In this document: piece after piece, positions 56,445 to 64,000 of the stretch | Numbering within the stretch: position 1 is the first letter of the stretch | How the letters are laid out: every line of letters starts with the position of its first letter | NCBI GenBank assembly: GCA_963816355.1 | Contig: CAWFKH010000004.1 | Location: 366,625 to 430,624, forward strand | Direction: 5' to 3' | Origin: an uncultured Gemmatimonadales bacterium | GTDB lineage: Bacteria > Gemmatimonadota > Gemmatimonadetes > Longimicrobiales > RSA9 | DNA length: 64,000 nt | Notes under the pieces: generated by a model | Databases searched by the model: none | The model's input: only the letters and a program-made list of their open reading frames with translations | What the model was told of the DNA's origin: nothing | Made by a program: the position numbers and the translations under genes

Positions 56445-57302
56445 GTGGGAGAGTTCTTGCAGGATGACCGTCTCAATGCGCTCACGGGCCGCATCATCGG
56501 CGCGGCGATCGAAGTGCACCGGCGGCTCGGGCCCGGTCTCCTCGAATCGACCTACGACGCGTGCCTCGGCGCGGAGCTCCGGCACGTCGGCCTCCGCTAC
56601 GATCGCCAGGTGGCGCTCCCCCTCACCTACCGCGACATCCGGCTCGACCGCAGCTACCGCATCGACCTGCTCGTCGAAGCCGAGGTGATCGTCGAGATCG
56701 AGGTCGCCGCCGCGCTCACCCCGCTGCACGTCTCGCAGATCCTCACCCACCTCCGCCTCGCCGGCCTCGGTACCGGTCTGCTCCTCAACTTCAACGTCGC
56801 GACGCTCTCGCGCGGGGGTATTCGCCGCGTCCTGCAGGGCCACTCCCTCGCGACGCGAACGCCGGCGAATGCGGCGCAGGCAGCGAAGCGGCGACGTCGG
56901 CGCAGGCTCATCCGCCTCGCCGCTCCACCGCCCGCCGCGGGTGACCGGGTACGCGCGGAGGGGCCTGGTCGTGGCTTCGCCTTCCCTCAGATCCTGAACT
57001 CGAGGAAGCGGTCGAAGAGCGGAGTCTTGCGGTACTCGACGGTGCGGAGGCCACCTCGTCGTCCTGGCGAGTCGCGGCACTCGGCGAGGCCGAACTCGAC
57101 CAGGGGCCAGAGCACCCGCACGTCGACCAGCCATTCGGGCGTGTCGAAATACCGGGGCAGGTCGTCCAGGGCGGCGGGGAGAACGATCCTCTCCGTGAGC
57201 CACTGCGCCGAGCGCCACTCGCCGGCCAACGCGCCGAAGCGGTTCAGCGTGAACGGGAGCTGGTACTGGAGCCCCGGCCAGTCGGGCCCCCACCCGCCGT
57301 AG
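56445..57302 (+). CDS. GxxExxY protein (PD-(D/E)XK-like), probably degenerate; domain ends near 56835
   Basis: IIGAAIEVHRRLGPGLLESTY…RIDLLVE…GLLLNFN. The E-x-K position reads EIE, and the ORF runs 316 nt into the convergent gene. Confidence 0.75.
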   Translation: MGEFLQDDRLNALTGRIIGAAIEVHRRLGPGLLESTYDACLGAELRHVGLRYDRQVALPLTYRDIRLDRSYRIDLLVEAEVIVEIEVAAALTPLHVSQILTHLRLAGLGTGLLLNFNVATLSRGGIRRVLQGHSLATRTPANAAQAAKRRRRRRLIRLAAPPPAAGDRVRAEGPGRGFAFPQILNSRKRSKSGVLRYSTVRRPPRRPGESRHSARPNSTRGQSTRTSTSHSGVSKYRGRSSRAAGRTILSVSHCAERHSPANAPKRFSVNGSWYWSPGQSGPHPP

Positions 57303-58990
57303 GCGATGTTCATGTCGTGGAAGCGCGTGCGGAAGACGAGCGCGAACAGCTCGCCGGCGCTGTCGTCGCCGAGCAGCTCGCGGGCGCGGCGAGTGGCCTC
57401 GAGCCGCCCCTTCCGCTTGCGCGCGAGCCCCGCGGATTTCGCCGTGACGTGGGCCATGTGCAGCGGCCACACGTCGCCCTCGATGAGCCGGCCGCCGGTC
57501 TCCACAAAGGGGCGGAAGCGCTCCCGGGAGGCCATTTCCTCGACCAGCTCCCGCACCACCTTCACCTTGAGGTTGCCCTTGTCGGTCAGGGGCAGCCCAC
57601 CTTCGGCGGCGGCGCGAGCGACGAGCGTGCGGATTGCGGCGACGGCGTCGGATCGGGCGACGTCGCCCGGCGACGGATCCCGGCGCAGCACGAAGGCCCC
57701 GGCGTCGTCCCACTTCGACTGAAGAAGTGCCTGCACCTGCGCCGGCGAAAGGCCGCCGAGCGCGGCCTGCGGCCTGCTGTTGTACTCGTGCATGGAGCGG
57801 GACAGCCGTTCGTTGACGGCGGCCTGGAACGCGGACTCGTCGGCATCGGGGCCGAGCGCCGCCGCCACCTCCGCCACCGCGTCGCGGATCTCGCGGCCGA
57901 GATCCTGGTCGCCGAACGGAGAATCCGTCTCGGTGCCCGCGGCGCCCGCGTAGCGGAACTCGGCGCCGCCCGCCTCGTCGCGCCAGGCGAAGACGGTCGG
58001 CTCACCCGACTCCGATTCGTGGCGCAGGGGCTCCTCGTTCGCCGCCGCGAAGGCGGGCGTCGCACGCAGCAGCGTCGCGAGATCGGCCGCGTCGGAGCGC
58101 GACACGCCGCCGCCAAGGGTGTTGATCGTGAACAGGACCGGCACGACGTCCTTGCGATCCCATCCGGCCCGCAGCACGTCGCGGACGTGGCGCGCAGGGA
58201 GCTCGCGGGCGTCGTCGAACGTGAACGAAAGCACGCGTCCCCTCACCCCGACGATGCCGCTGCCCGGCTCGGCGCGCAGGGTGCGCTCCAGGTCGCCCGC
58301 AGCGGAGTAGAGCGCGAGCCCGAACACCTCGCCGCCGGCGCCGAGCACGGACACCGTCCACTCGTTGCCCGACGCCATGCGCACGCGAGGTGCCTGTTCG
58401 TTGTCCATCACATCCCAGGGAGACGCGCTCCGGAACGCCACGGCCGCCTTCATGAGGTCGCGGCTCAGCTCGTCCGGCAGGCCCCAGCCGCGCCACGACC
58501 GCGGACAGCACACGGGCGGCCACGTCGCCTCGCCGGCGAGGTGCTCGATGAGAGCGCGCGCGGCCTCTTCGAGGTCCGGCAGGTCCGGCCTCGTCTCGAT
58601 CGCCACGTCGCGCGATTCGAGGATCGGGGCGAGCGCCTCGGCGATCTCCGCCTGGCGCACCTGCACGACGGCCGGCCAGCCCCCCGTCTTCCGGGCCGCG
58701 CCGCCGATCGCCCGCTCGAGCGCCGACGCGATGTCGTCCACTTCGCCGCCCAGGCGCGCCCGCATCTCCGATTGGAGGACGACCCCGCCGGCGGTGACGA
58801 GCACCGCGACCGGGCGCGCATCGGGCTCGCTGTCGATGCCGATCTGGACGGGCACGGCCTCGACTTCCCACGGCTCCTCCGCCCGTGCGGCACGATCACC
58901 GATCCCTGCCGCGAGGTCGTTCTTCTGGCAGCAGTTCTTGTATTTCTTACCGGACCCGCAGGGGCACGGGTCGTTGCGTCCGGGCTTCAT
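56987..58990 (-). CDS. SEC-C motif-containing protein
   Basis: N-terminal GRNDPCPCGSGKKYKNCC; GAGGAG RBS; remainder not assignable. Confidence 0.8.
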   Translation of the reverse strand: MKPGRNDPCPCGSGKKYKNCCQKNDLAAGIGDRAARAEEPWEVEAVPVQIGIDSEPDARPVAVLVTAGGVVLQSEMRARLGGEVDDIASALERAIGGAARKTGGWPAVVQVRQAEIAEALAPILESRDVAIETRPDLPDLEEAARALIEHLAGEATWPPVCCPRSWRGWGLPDELSRDLMKAAVAFRSASPWDVMDNEQAPRVRMASGNEWTVSVLGAGGEVFGLALYSAAGDLERTLRAEPGSGIVGVRGRVLSFTFDDARELPARHVRDVLRAGWDRKDVVPVLFTINTLGGGVSRSDAADLATLLRATPAFAAANEEPLRHESESGEPTVFAWRDEAGGAEFRYAGAAGTETDSPFGDQDLGREIRDAVAEVAAALGPDADESAFQAAVNERLSRSMHEYNSRPQAALGGLSPAQVQALLQSKWDDAGAFVLRRDPSPGDVARSDAVAAIRTLVARAAAEGGLPLTDKGNLKVKVVRELVEEMASRERFRPFVETGGRLIEGDVWPLHMAHVTAKSAGLARKRKGRLEATRRARELLGDDSAGELFALVFRTRFHDMNIAYGGWGPDWPGLQYQLPFTLNRFGALAGEWRSAQWLTERIVLPAALDDLPRYFDTPEWLVDVRVLWPLVEFGLAECRDSPGRRGGLRTVEYRKTPLFDRFLEFRI

Positions 58991-59214
58991 GGACTCCTCT
59001 TTGTCAGAGATGCCACTTGAAGTCATCGGTGCTTGCGCGCCACACGTCAAGTCGCGCTCCGCGCTGCTGCGGCAAATGCTCGACGTCCGCTCCCGGCAGC
59101 AGAACGCGCGGCGCGGCCCGTTCCGCCGTCCGATCTCCCCGCGTCGGAAACCAACCCCACCCCTCGCGGGTAAACCCGCCCGCGAACGCAGCCGAGCCGC
59201 CGGACCCCGGACCC

Positions 59215-59311
59215 GGAACGCCGGAACGCCGGAACGCCGGACGCCAGACCCGAACGCCGGACGCCAGACCCGAACGCCGGACGCCAGACCCGAACGCCGG
59301 ACGCCAGACCC
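59215..59311 (+). repeat. 8-bp x3 and 20-bp x4 tandem repeats upstream of the ABC-F gene
   Basis: GGAACGCC x3, then GAACGCCGGACGCCAGACCC x4. Confidence 0.85.
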
Positions 59312-59397
59312 AGACCCCGGACCCCGGACCGAGAACGCCGCGCCGGACCCGGGACTTCCGGCCGCTCCGATCCTCAGACACCCGAGACCGCAGCCCC

Positions 59398-61458
59398 TTG
59401 ATCTCCGTCTCCAACCTCGAAAAGACGTTCGGCGACCGCACGCTCTTCCGTGGCGCGAGCTTCCAGCTCAACGCCGGCTCCCGCTACGGCCTGGTCGGCG
59501 CGAACGGCTCCGGCAAGACGACGTTGCTCGGCATCCTGACGGGCGAGGTCGAGGCGTCGGACGGCGTCGTCGCCATCCCGTCCCGCGCGCGGCTCGGCGT
59601 GCTGCGGCAGGACCAGTTCCTCTACGAGGAGGAGCCGATCATCGGCGTCGTGATGATGGGCAACCCCGAGCTGTGGCGGGCGCTGGTCGAGCGCGACGAG
59701 GTGCTCGCGCGCGCCGCGGACCACTTCGACGCCGAACGCTACGGGCGCCTCGAGGAGACGATCGAGCGGCACGACGGCTACGCCGCGGAGGCGCGGGCGG
59801 CGGAGATCCTGGAGGGGCTCGGCATCGCGGCCGACGCGCACCACCGTCCGCTGCGCACGCTGTCGGGCGGCTTCAAGCTGCGCGTCCTGCTGGCGCGCGC
59901 GCTCGCCGGCGCGCCGGACGCGCTGCTGCTCGACGAGCCCACGAACCACCTCGACATCCTCTCGATCCGCTGGCTCGAGCGCTTCCTGCGCGGCTTCGCC
60001 GGGCCGGTCGTCGTGATCTCGCACGACCACCGCTTCCTCGACAACGTCGCCACGCACATCCTCGACGTCGACTACGAGACGGTCACGCTCTACACCGGCG
60101 ACTACGGCGCCTTCGCGGCGCAGAAGGCCGCGGAGCGGGAGCGTCGCGAGAAGGAGATCGAGAGCCGCGAGAAGGAGATCGCGCACCACCAGAAGTTCGT
60201 CGACCGTTTCCGCGCCAAGGCGAGCAAGGCGCGCCAGGCGCAGAGCAAGCTGCGCCTGATCGAGAAGAAGGCGGACGCGCTGGAGCCGCTCGCGCCGTCG
60301 TCGCGACGCTGGCCCACGTTCCGTTTCCGCGAGCGGCGCCACAGCGGGCGCGAGGTGCTCGACCTGCGCGGCGTCCGCAAGTCGTTCGCCGGCCGCGAGG
60401 TCCTCCACGGCGTCGACCTCCAGGTGCGGCGCGGCGACCGGCTCGCCATCATCGGGCCCAACGGCATCGGCAAGTCGACGCTGCTGAAGATCGCCGTCGG
60501 CGAGCTGGAGGCGGACGCCGGCGAGACGGCGTGGGGCTACGCCGCCGAAGTCGGCTACTTCGCGCAGGACCACAAGGAGCGCTTCGAGGACGCGGCCGGC
60601 ACCGTCGAGACGCACGTCATGGAGCTCGACGGCGTCACGCGCGCCACCGCCCGCGGCTCGCTCGGCGCCGTCCTCTTCAGCGGCGACGACGCCGAGAAGC
60701 CGCTCACCGCGCTCTCCGGCGGCGAGGCGGCGCGGCTGGAGTTTTGCCGCCTGGCGCTGCAGCGGCCGAACGTCCTCGTGCTCGACGAGCCCACCAACCA
60801 CCTCGACCTCGAGTCCATCGAGGCGCTCGTCGAGGCGCTCGAACGCTACGACGGCACGCTGATCCTCGTCTCGCACGACCGCTGGTTCGTCGGCCGCCTC
60901 GCGAATCGCATCGTCGAGATCCGCGCCGACGGCATCCGCGACTATCCCGGCACCTACGACGAGTACGTCCACGCCTGCGGCGACGACCACCTGGACGTCG
61001 ACCGCGCGCTCGAGGTGGCGAAGGGTGACGACGACGCCGGAGCGGCGACGAAGAGCGCCCGTGATGCCGGAGCGGCGACGAAGGGCGGCGGCGACCGCGC
61101 GCGCGCCGCGACCGCGTCCGGCGATGGCGCGTCGCGGGGGCCCGGCGCGTCGGCAGGCCGCCGTGGACGCTCCGCAGACTCCCGCCGCTCCCCGCGCGCC
61201 GCAGGTTCGAACGGCGGCGATCCGAACCGGGCGCGCAAGCTCGAGGCGCGGCGCGACGCGCTGCTCGACGAGGTCGGCGGCGCCGAGGCGCGGATCGCCG
61301 CGATCGAGGCGCTCTTCTGCGACGCCTCGATCTACGACGCCGACCGGCTCGACGAGGTCCGCGCGCTGGAGGCGGAGCGCGGCGAGCTGCGCGCGCGCGT
61401 CCACGGGCTGCTGCGCGAATGGGAGTCGATCGAGAGGGAGCTGGCGGCGGCGCGCTGA
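59398..61458 (+). CDS. ABC-F family ATP-binding protein
   Basis: Two NBDs (GANGSGKT, LSGG, LLLDEPTNHLD; GPNGIGKS, LSGGE, DEPTNHLD), inter-domain helical linker, C-terminal coiled coil; TTG start. Confidence 0.92.
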   Translation: MISVSNLEKTFGDRTLFRGASFQLNAGSRYGLVGANGSGKTTLLGILTGEVEASDGVVAIPSRARLGVLRQDQFLYEEEPIIGVVMMGNPELWRALVERDEVLARAADHFDAERYGRLEETIERHDGYAAEARAAEILEGLGIAADAHHRPLRTLSGGFKLRVLLARALAGAPDALLLDEPTNHLDILSIRWLERFLRGFAGPVVVISHDHRFLDNVATHILDVDYETVTLYTGDYGAFAAQKAAERERREKEIESREKEIAHHQKFVDRFRAKASKARQAQSKLRLIEKKADALEPLAPSSRRWPTFRFRERRHSGREVLDLRGVRKSFAGREVLHGVDLQVRRGDRLAIIGPNGIGKSTLLKIAVGELEADAGETAWGYAAEVGYFAQDHKERFEDAAGTVETHVMELDGVTRATARGSLGAVLFSGDDAEKPLTALSGGEAARLEFCRLALQRPNVLVLDEPTNHLDLESIEALVEALERYDGTLILVSHDRWFVGRLANRIVEIRADGIRDYPGTYDEYVHACGDDHLDVDRALEVAKGDDDAGAATKSARDAGAATKGGGDRARAATASGDGASRGPGASAGRRGRSADSRRSPRAAGSNGGDPNRARKLEARRDALLDEVGGAEARIAAIEALFCDASIYDADRLDEVRALEAERGELRARVHGLLREWESIERELAAAR

Positions 61459-61474
61459 GCGTCGCCCGCCTCGC

Positions 61475-62488
61475 TCACGACGCGGCCGCGCCCGGCCGGA
61501 CGAAACCCATCCGCTCGTACATCGTCGCGAGCGTCGGCCGGGCGGCGTCGCGCGCCTTCGCCGCGCCGAGCGCGAGAAGGCGCCGCAGCTCCGTCTCGTC
61601 GGCGCGCAGCGCCTCGTAGCGCTCGCGCACCGGCTCGAGCAGGGCGACGACGGCCTCCGCCACCTCCTTCTTGAACGCGCCGTAGCCGGAGCCGGCGAAG
61701 CGCGTCTCCAGGTCCGGGATCGACTCCCCACTGGCGACGCTCATGATCTCGAGCAGGTTCGAGATGCCGGGCTTCGCGGCGGGGTCGTAGCGCACGTCGC
61801 GGCCCGAGTCGGTGACCGCCGAGCGGACCTTCTTCCGGATCGCGGCCGGCGTGTCCACGATGTAGACCGCGCCCTGCTCGCTGGACGTCGTCGTCGACAT
61901 CTTGCGCGTCGGTTCCTGCAGGTCCATGACCCGGCCGCCCACCTCGGGGAAGATGCCTTCGGGGACGCGGAACGTCTCGCCGAAGCGGTGGTTGAAGCGG
62001 CCCGCGACGTCGCGCGCGAGCTCGAGGTGCTGGCGCTGGTCGTCCCCGATCGGGACGAGGTCCGCCCGGTAGAGCAGGATGTCGGCCGCCATCAGCACCG
62101 GGTACGTGAAGAGGCCGGCCGAGATGAATTCGCGACCCTCCGACTTCTCCTTGAACTGCGTCATCCGGCCGAGCTGGCCATAGCCGGTCACCGCGGCGAG
62201 GAGCCACGCCGCCTCCGCGTGCGCGCCGACGTGACTCTGGCAGAAGACCGTCGAGCGCTCCGCGTCGAGTCCACTCGCGAAGAGCAGCGCCGCCAGGTCG
62301 AGCGTCGCGGCGCGCAGCTCCGCGGGGTCGTAGCCGACCGTGATCGAATGCAGGTCGACGATGCAGAAGAACGCCTCGCCGCGCTCCTGCGTGCGCACGT
62401 ACTGCCGCAGCCCGCCGCTGTAGTTGCCCAGCGTCTTCCGACCGGTGGGCTGGATGCCCGAAAAGATGCGGGGTCGCCCGTCGCTCAT
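61475..62488 (-). CDS. trpS: Tryptophan--tRNA ligase
   Basis: FSGIQPTG, TLGNY, YPVLMAADILLY, VPIGDDQRQHLE, KMSTT. Confidence 0.95.
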   Translation of the reverse strand: MSDGRPRIFSGIQPTGRKTLGNYSGGLRQYVRTQERGEAFFCIVDLHSITVGYDPAELRAATLDLAALLFASGLDAERSTVFCQSHVGAHAEAAWLLAAVTGYGQLGRMTQFKEKSEGREFISAGLFTYPVLMAADILLYRADLVPIGDDQRQHLELARDVAGRFNHRFGETFRVPEGIFPEVGGRVMDLQEPTRKMSTTTSSEQGAVYIVDTPAAIRKKVRSAVTDSGRDVRYDPAAKPGISNLLEIMSVASGESIPDLETRFAGSGYGAFKKEVAEAVVALLEPVRERYEALRADETELRRLLALGAAKARDAARPTLATMYERMGFVRPGAAAS

Positions 62489-62624
62489 GCGTAACCCTGG
62501 AATCGTCGAGGAGAAGGTCGCGTGCCCCGGGCCGTGCGGGCCGTGGGAGCGGGCGTGCGAAGCGTGGGTCAAGGGTGGGGAAGGAGGAGGGGATACGCCA
62601 GGCCGGTCTGGGGTCTGCGGAGGC

Positions 62625-62760
62625 GGTCTGCGGGGGGTCTGGGGGACGGGGTCTGCGGGGGGTCTGGGGGACGGGGTCTGCGGGGGGTCTGGGGGACGGG
62701 GTCTGCGGGGGGTCTGGGGGACGGGGTCTGCGGGGGTCTGGGGGACGGGGTCTGCGGGGG
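62625..62760 (+). repeat. 25-bp G-rich tandem repeat, about 5.5 copies
   Basis: GGTCTGCGGGGGGTCTGGGGGACGG units. Confidence 0.9.
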
Positions 62761-62762
62761 GG

Positions 62763-63316
62763 GCGGCGGCCGTCGCAGGGCTTTGCCTCTGGCCCCCACC
62801 CGAAGCGGAGGCGGCGAGGCCCTCGAAGGCCCGAGGTTGTTCGAGCGCGGGTGGGGCGGGGGCCGTCGGCGGCGGCGCGCGAGTTCCGCAGGGCCGCCGA
62901 GGGCCTCGCCGCCGGAGCGCCCGCGCGAGTTCCGCAGGGCCGCCGAGGGCCTCGCCGCCGGAGCGGCGGCGGCCGTCCCGGGCTTTGCCTCTGGCCCCCA
63001 CCCGAAGCGGAGGCGGCGAGGCCCTCGAAGGCCCGAGGTTGTTCGAGCGCGGGTGGGGCGGGGGCCGTCGGCGGCGGCGCGCGAGTTCCGCAGGGCCGCC
63101 GAGGGCCTCGCCGCCGGAGCGCCCGCGCGAGTTCCGCAGGGCCGCCGAGGGCCTCGCCGCCGGAGCGGCGGCGGCCGTCCCGGGCTTTGCCTCTGGCCCC
63201 CACCCGAAGCGGAGGCGGCGAGGCCCTCGAAGGCCCGAGGTTGTTCGAGCGCGGGTGGGGCGGGGGCCGTCGGCGGCGGCGCGCGAGCTCCGCAGGGCCG
63301 CCGAGGGCCTCGCCGT
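62763..63316. repeat. 202-bp tandem repeat, about 2.7 copies, internally palindromic
   Basis: GGGCTTTGCCTCTGG at 62778, 62980 and 63182; internal 46-bp duplication; 16-bp inverted repeat 62810-62825 / 62898-62913. Confidence 0.92.
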
Positions 63317-63323
63317 CGCAGCG

Positions 63324-64000
63324 CTACCCTCCCATCAGCGCCTTCACCGCGGCCTCGATCTGCTGGTCGCGGCCGGCGGTCCGGACGGCGGGCTCGTTCG
63401 GCACGCGGATGTCGGGCTCGAGCTGCGTGCCCTCGCCGAAGCGGCCGTCCGGCATGCGCCAGCCGCCCATCGGGATGCCGAAGACGAGGGTCGGGTCGAT
63501 CTGGCGCTCCCACCAGACGAAGGTGCCGGTCCCGGGCACCGGCATGCCGAGCGTCTGGCCGATCCCCTTCAGCTTGTAGGCGAGCGGGAAGAGGTGCGCG
63601 TCGGAGTAGTCGGACTCGTTGATCAGCACGATCGACGGCTTCGTCCACTTGTCGAACGGCTCGGCGGCGACCTGCTGGCCGTGCGGGATGACGTCGAAGT
63701 ACTTCTTGCCGCTGAGGAAGTCCGAAAGCTGCTCGTGGATGTTGCCGCCACCGTTGAAACGGGTGTCGACGACGACCGCCTTCTTGCCCCAGCCGCGGCC
63801 GAGCACCTCCTCGAAGACCGTGCGCATGCTGGCGTCGTTCATCGCGCGCACGTGGACGTAGGCGAGCGTGCCGCCGGAGAGCGAGTCGACCTCGGCGCGG
63901 CGGCGTCGCACCCAGCGCTGGTAGAGCAGCTCGCTCTCGGCGCGGCCGTCGATCGGCTTCACCGCCTCGTCCCAGCGCCGGCCGGTGCGGGGATCGAGGA
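63324..64000 (-). CDS. S41 family peptidase (tricorn-like), C-terminal part; 5' end lies beyond the window
   Basis: AYVHVRAM, VVDTRFNGGG, SDYSDAHLF, EPDIRV, DQQIEAAV. Confidence 0.88.
   Translation of the reverse strand, partial: LDPRTGRRWDEAVKPIDGRAESELLYQRWVRRRRAEVDSLSGGTLAYVHVRAMNDASMRTVFEEVLGRGWGKKAVVVDTRFNGGGNIHEQLSDFLSGKKYFDVIPHGQQVAAEPFDKWTKPSIVLINESDYSDAHLFPLAYKLKGIGQTLGMPVPGTGTFVWWERQIDPTLVFGIPMGGWRMPDGRFGEGTQLEPDIRVPNEPAVRTAGRDQQIEAAVKALMGG

Noticed and set aside
59398..61458. Antibiotic-resistance ABC-F with leader-peptide attenuator
   Set aside because: No convincing uORF or terminator was seen upstream; the subfamily cannot be assigned without a search.
62625..63316. CRISPR array
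   Set aside because: Repeats are contiguous with no unique spacers, and no cas genes are in the window. The same applies to 43416-43514 and 59215-59311.
62489..63323. T-box riboswitch upstream of trpS
   Set aside because: No T-box consensus (GGTGG.ACC) or terminator/antiterminator with U-tract was found on the minus strand.
1..64000. tRNA, rRNA, integrase or transposase genes
   Set aside because: None recognised by eye; tRNAscan-SE and Infernal would be needed to exclude small RNAs.

Overview
A very GC-rich bacterial chromosomal window with about 50 genes. The gene content (TonB-dependent receptor, TolC, lipoproteins, PadR/ADOP permease, BlaI/M56-DUF4097, TolB-like TPR protein) points to a diderm, Gemmatimonadota-like organism; that assignment is inference. 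No rRNA, tRNA, CRISPR array or transposase was recognised. The best candidate for an undescribed system is a tightly coupled 7-gene operon at 43876-53195: a three-subunit molybdenum hydroxylase (S-L-M), an NCS1 nucleobase symporter, a MatB-type malonyl/methylmalonyl-CoA synthetase, a cyclase-family metallohydrolase and an amidase-signature enzyme. This fits oxidative pyrimidine catabolism (uracil/thymine -> barbiturate -> ureidomalonate -> malonate -> malonyl-CoA). However, neither the canonical barbiturase nor the canonical ureidomalonase is present, which suggests non-orthologous replacements. Other notable items: a dispersed family of REP-like inverted-repeat elements, one copy abutting a degenerate GxxExxY nuclease gene; a ~170-bp nested palindrome; a 202-bp structured tandem array upstream of an atypical trpS; pervasive short tandem duplications; an LVIVD-propeller/small-protein/multicopper-oxidase operon; a terminator just upstream of a DEAD-box helicase; several clear operator palindromes; two frameshifted genes and one internally deleted permease. 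All product calls come from motif recognition by eye; no searches were run.
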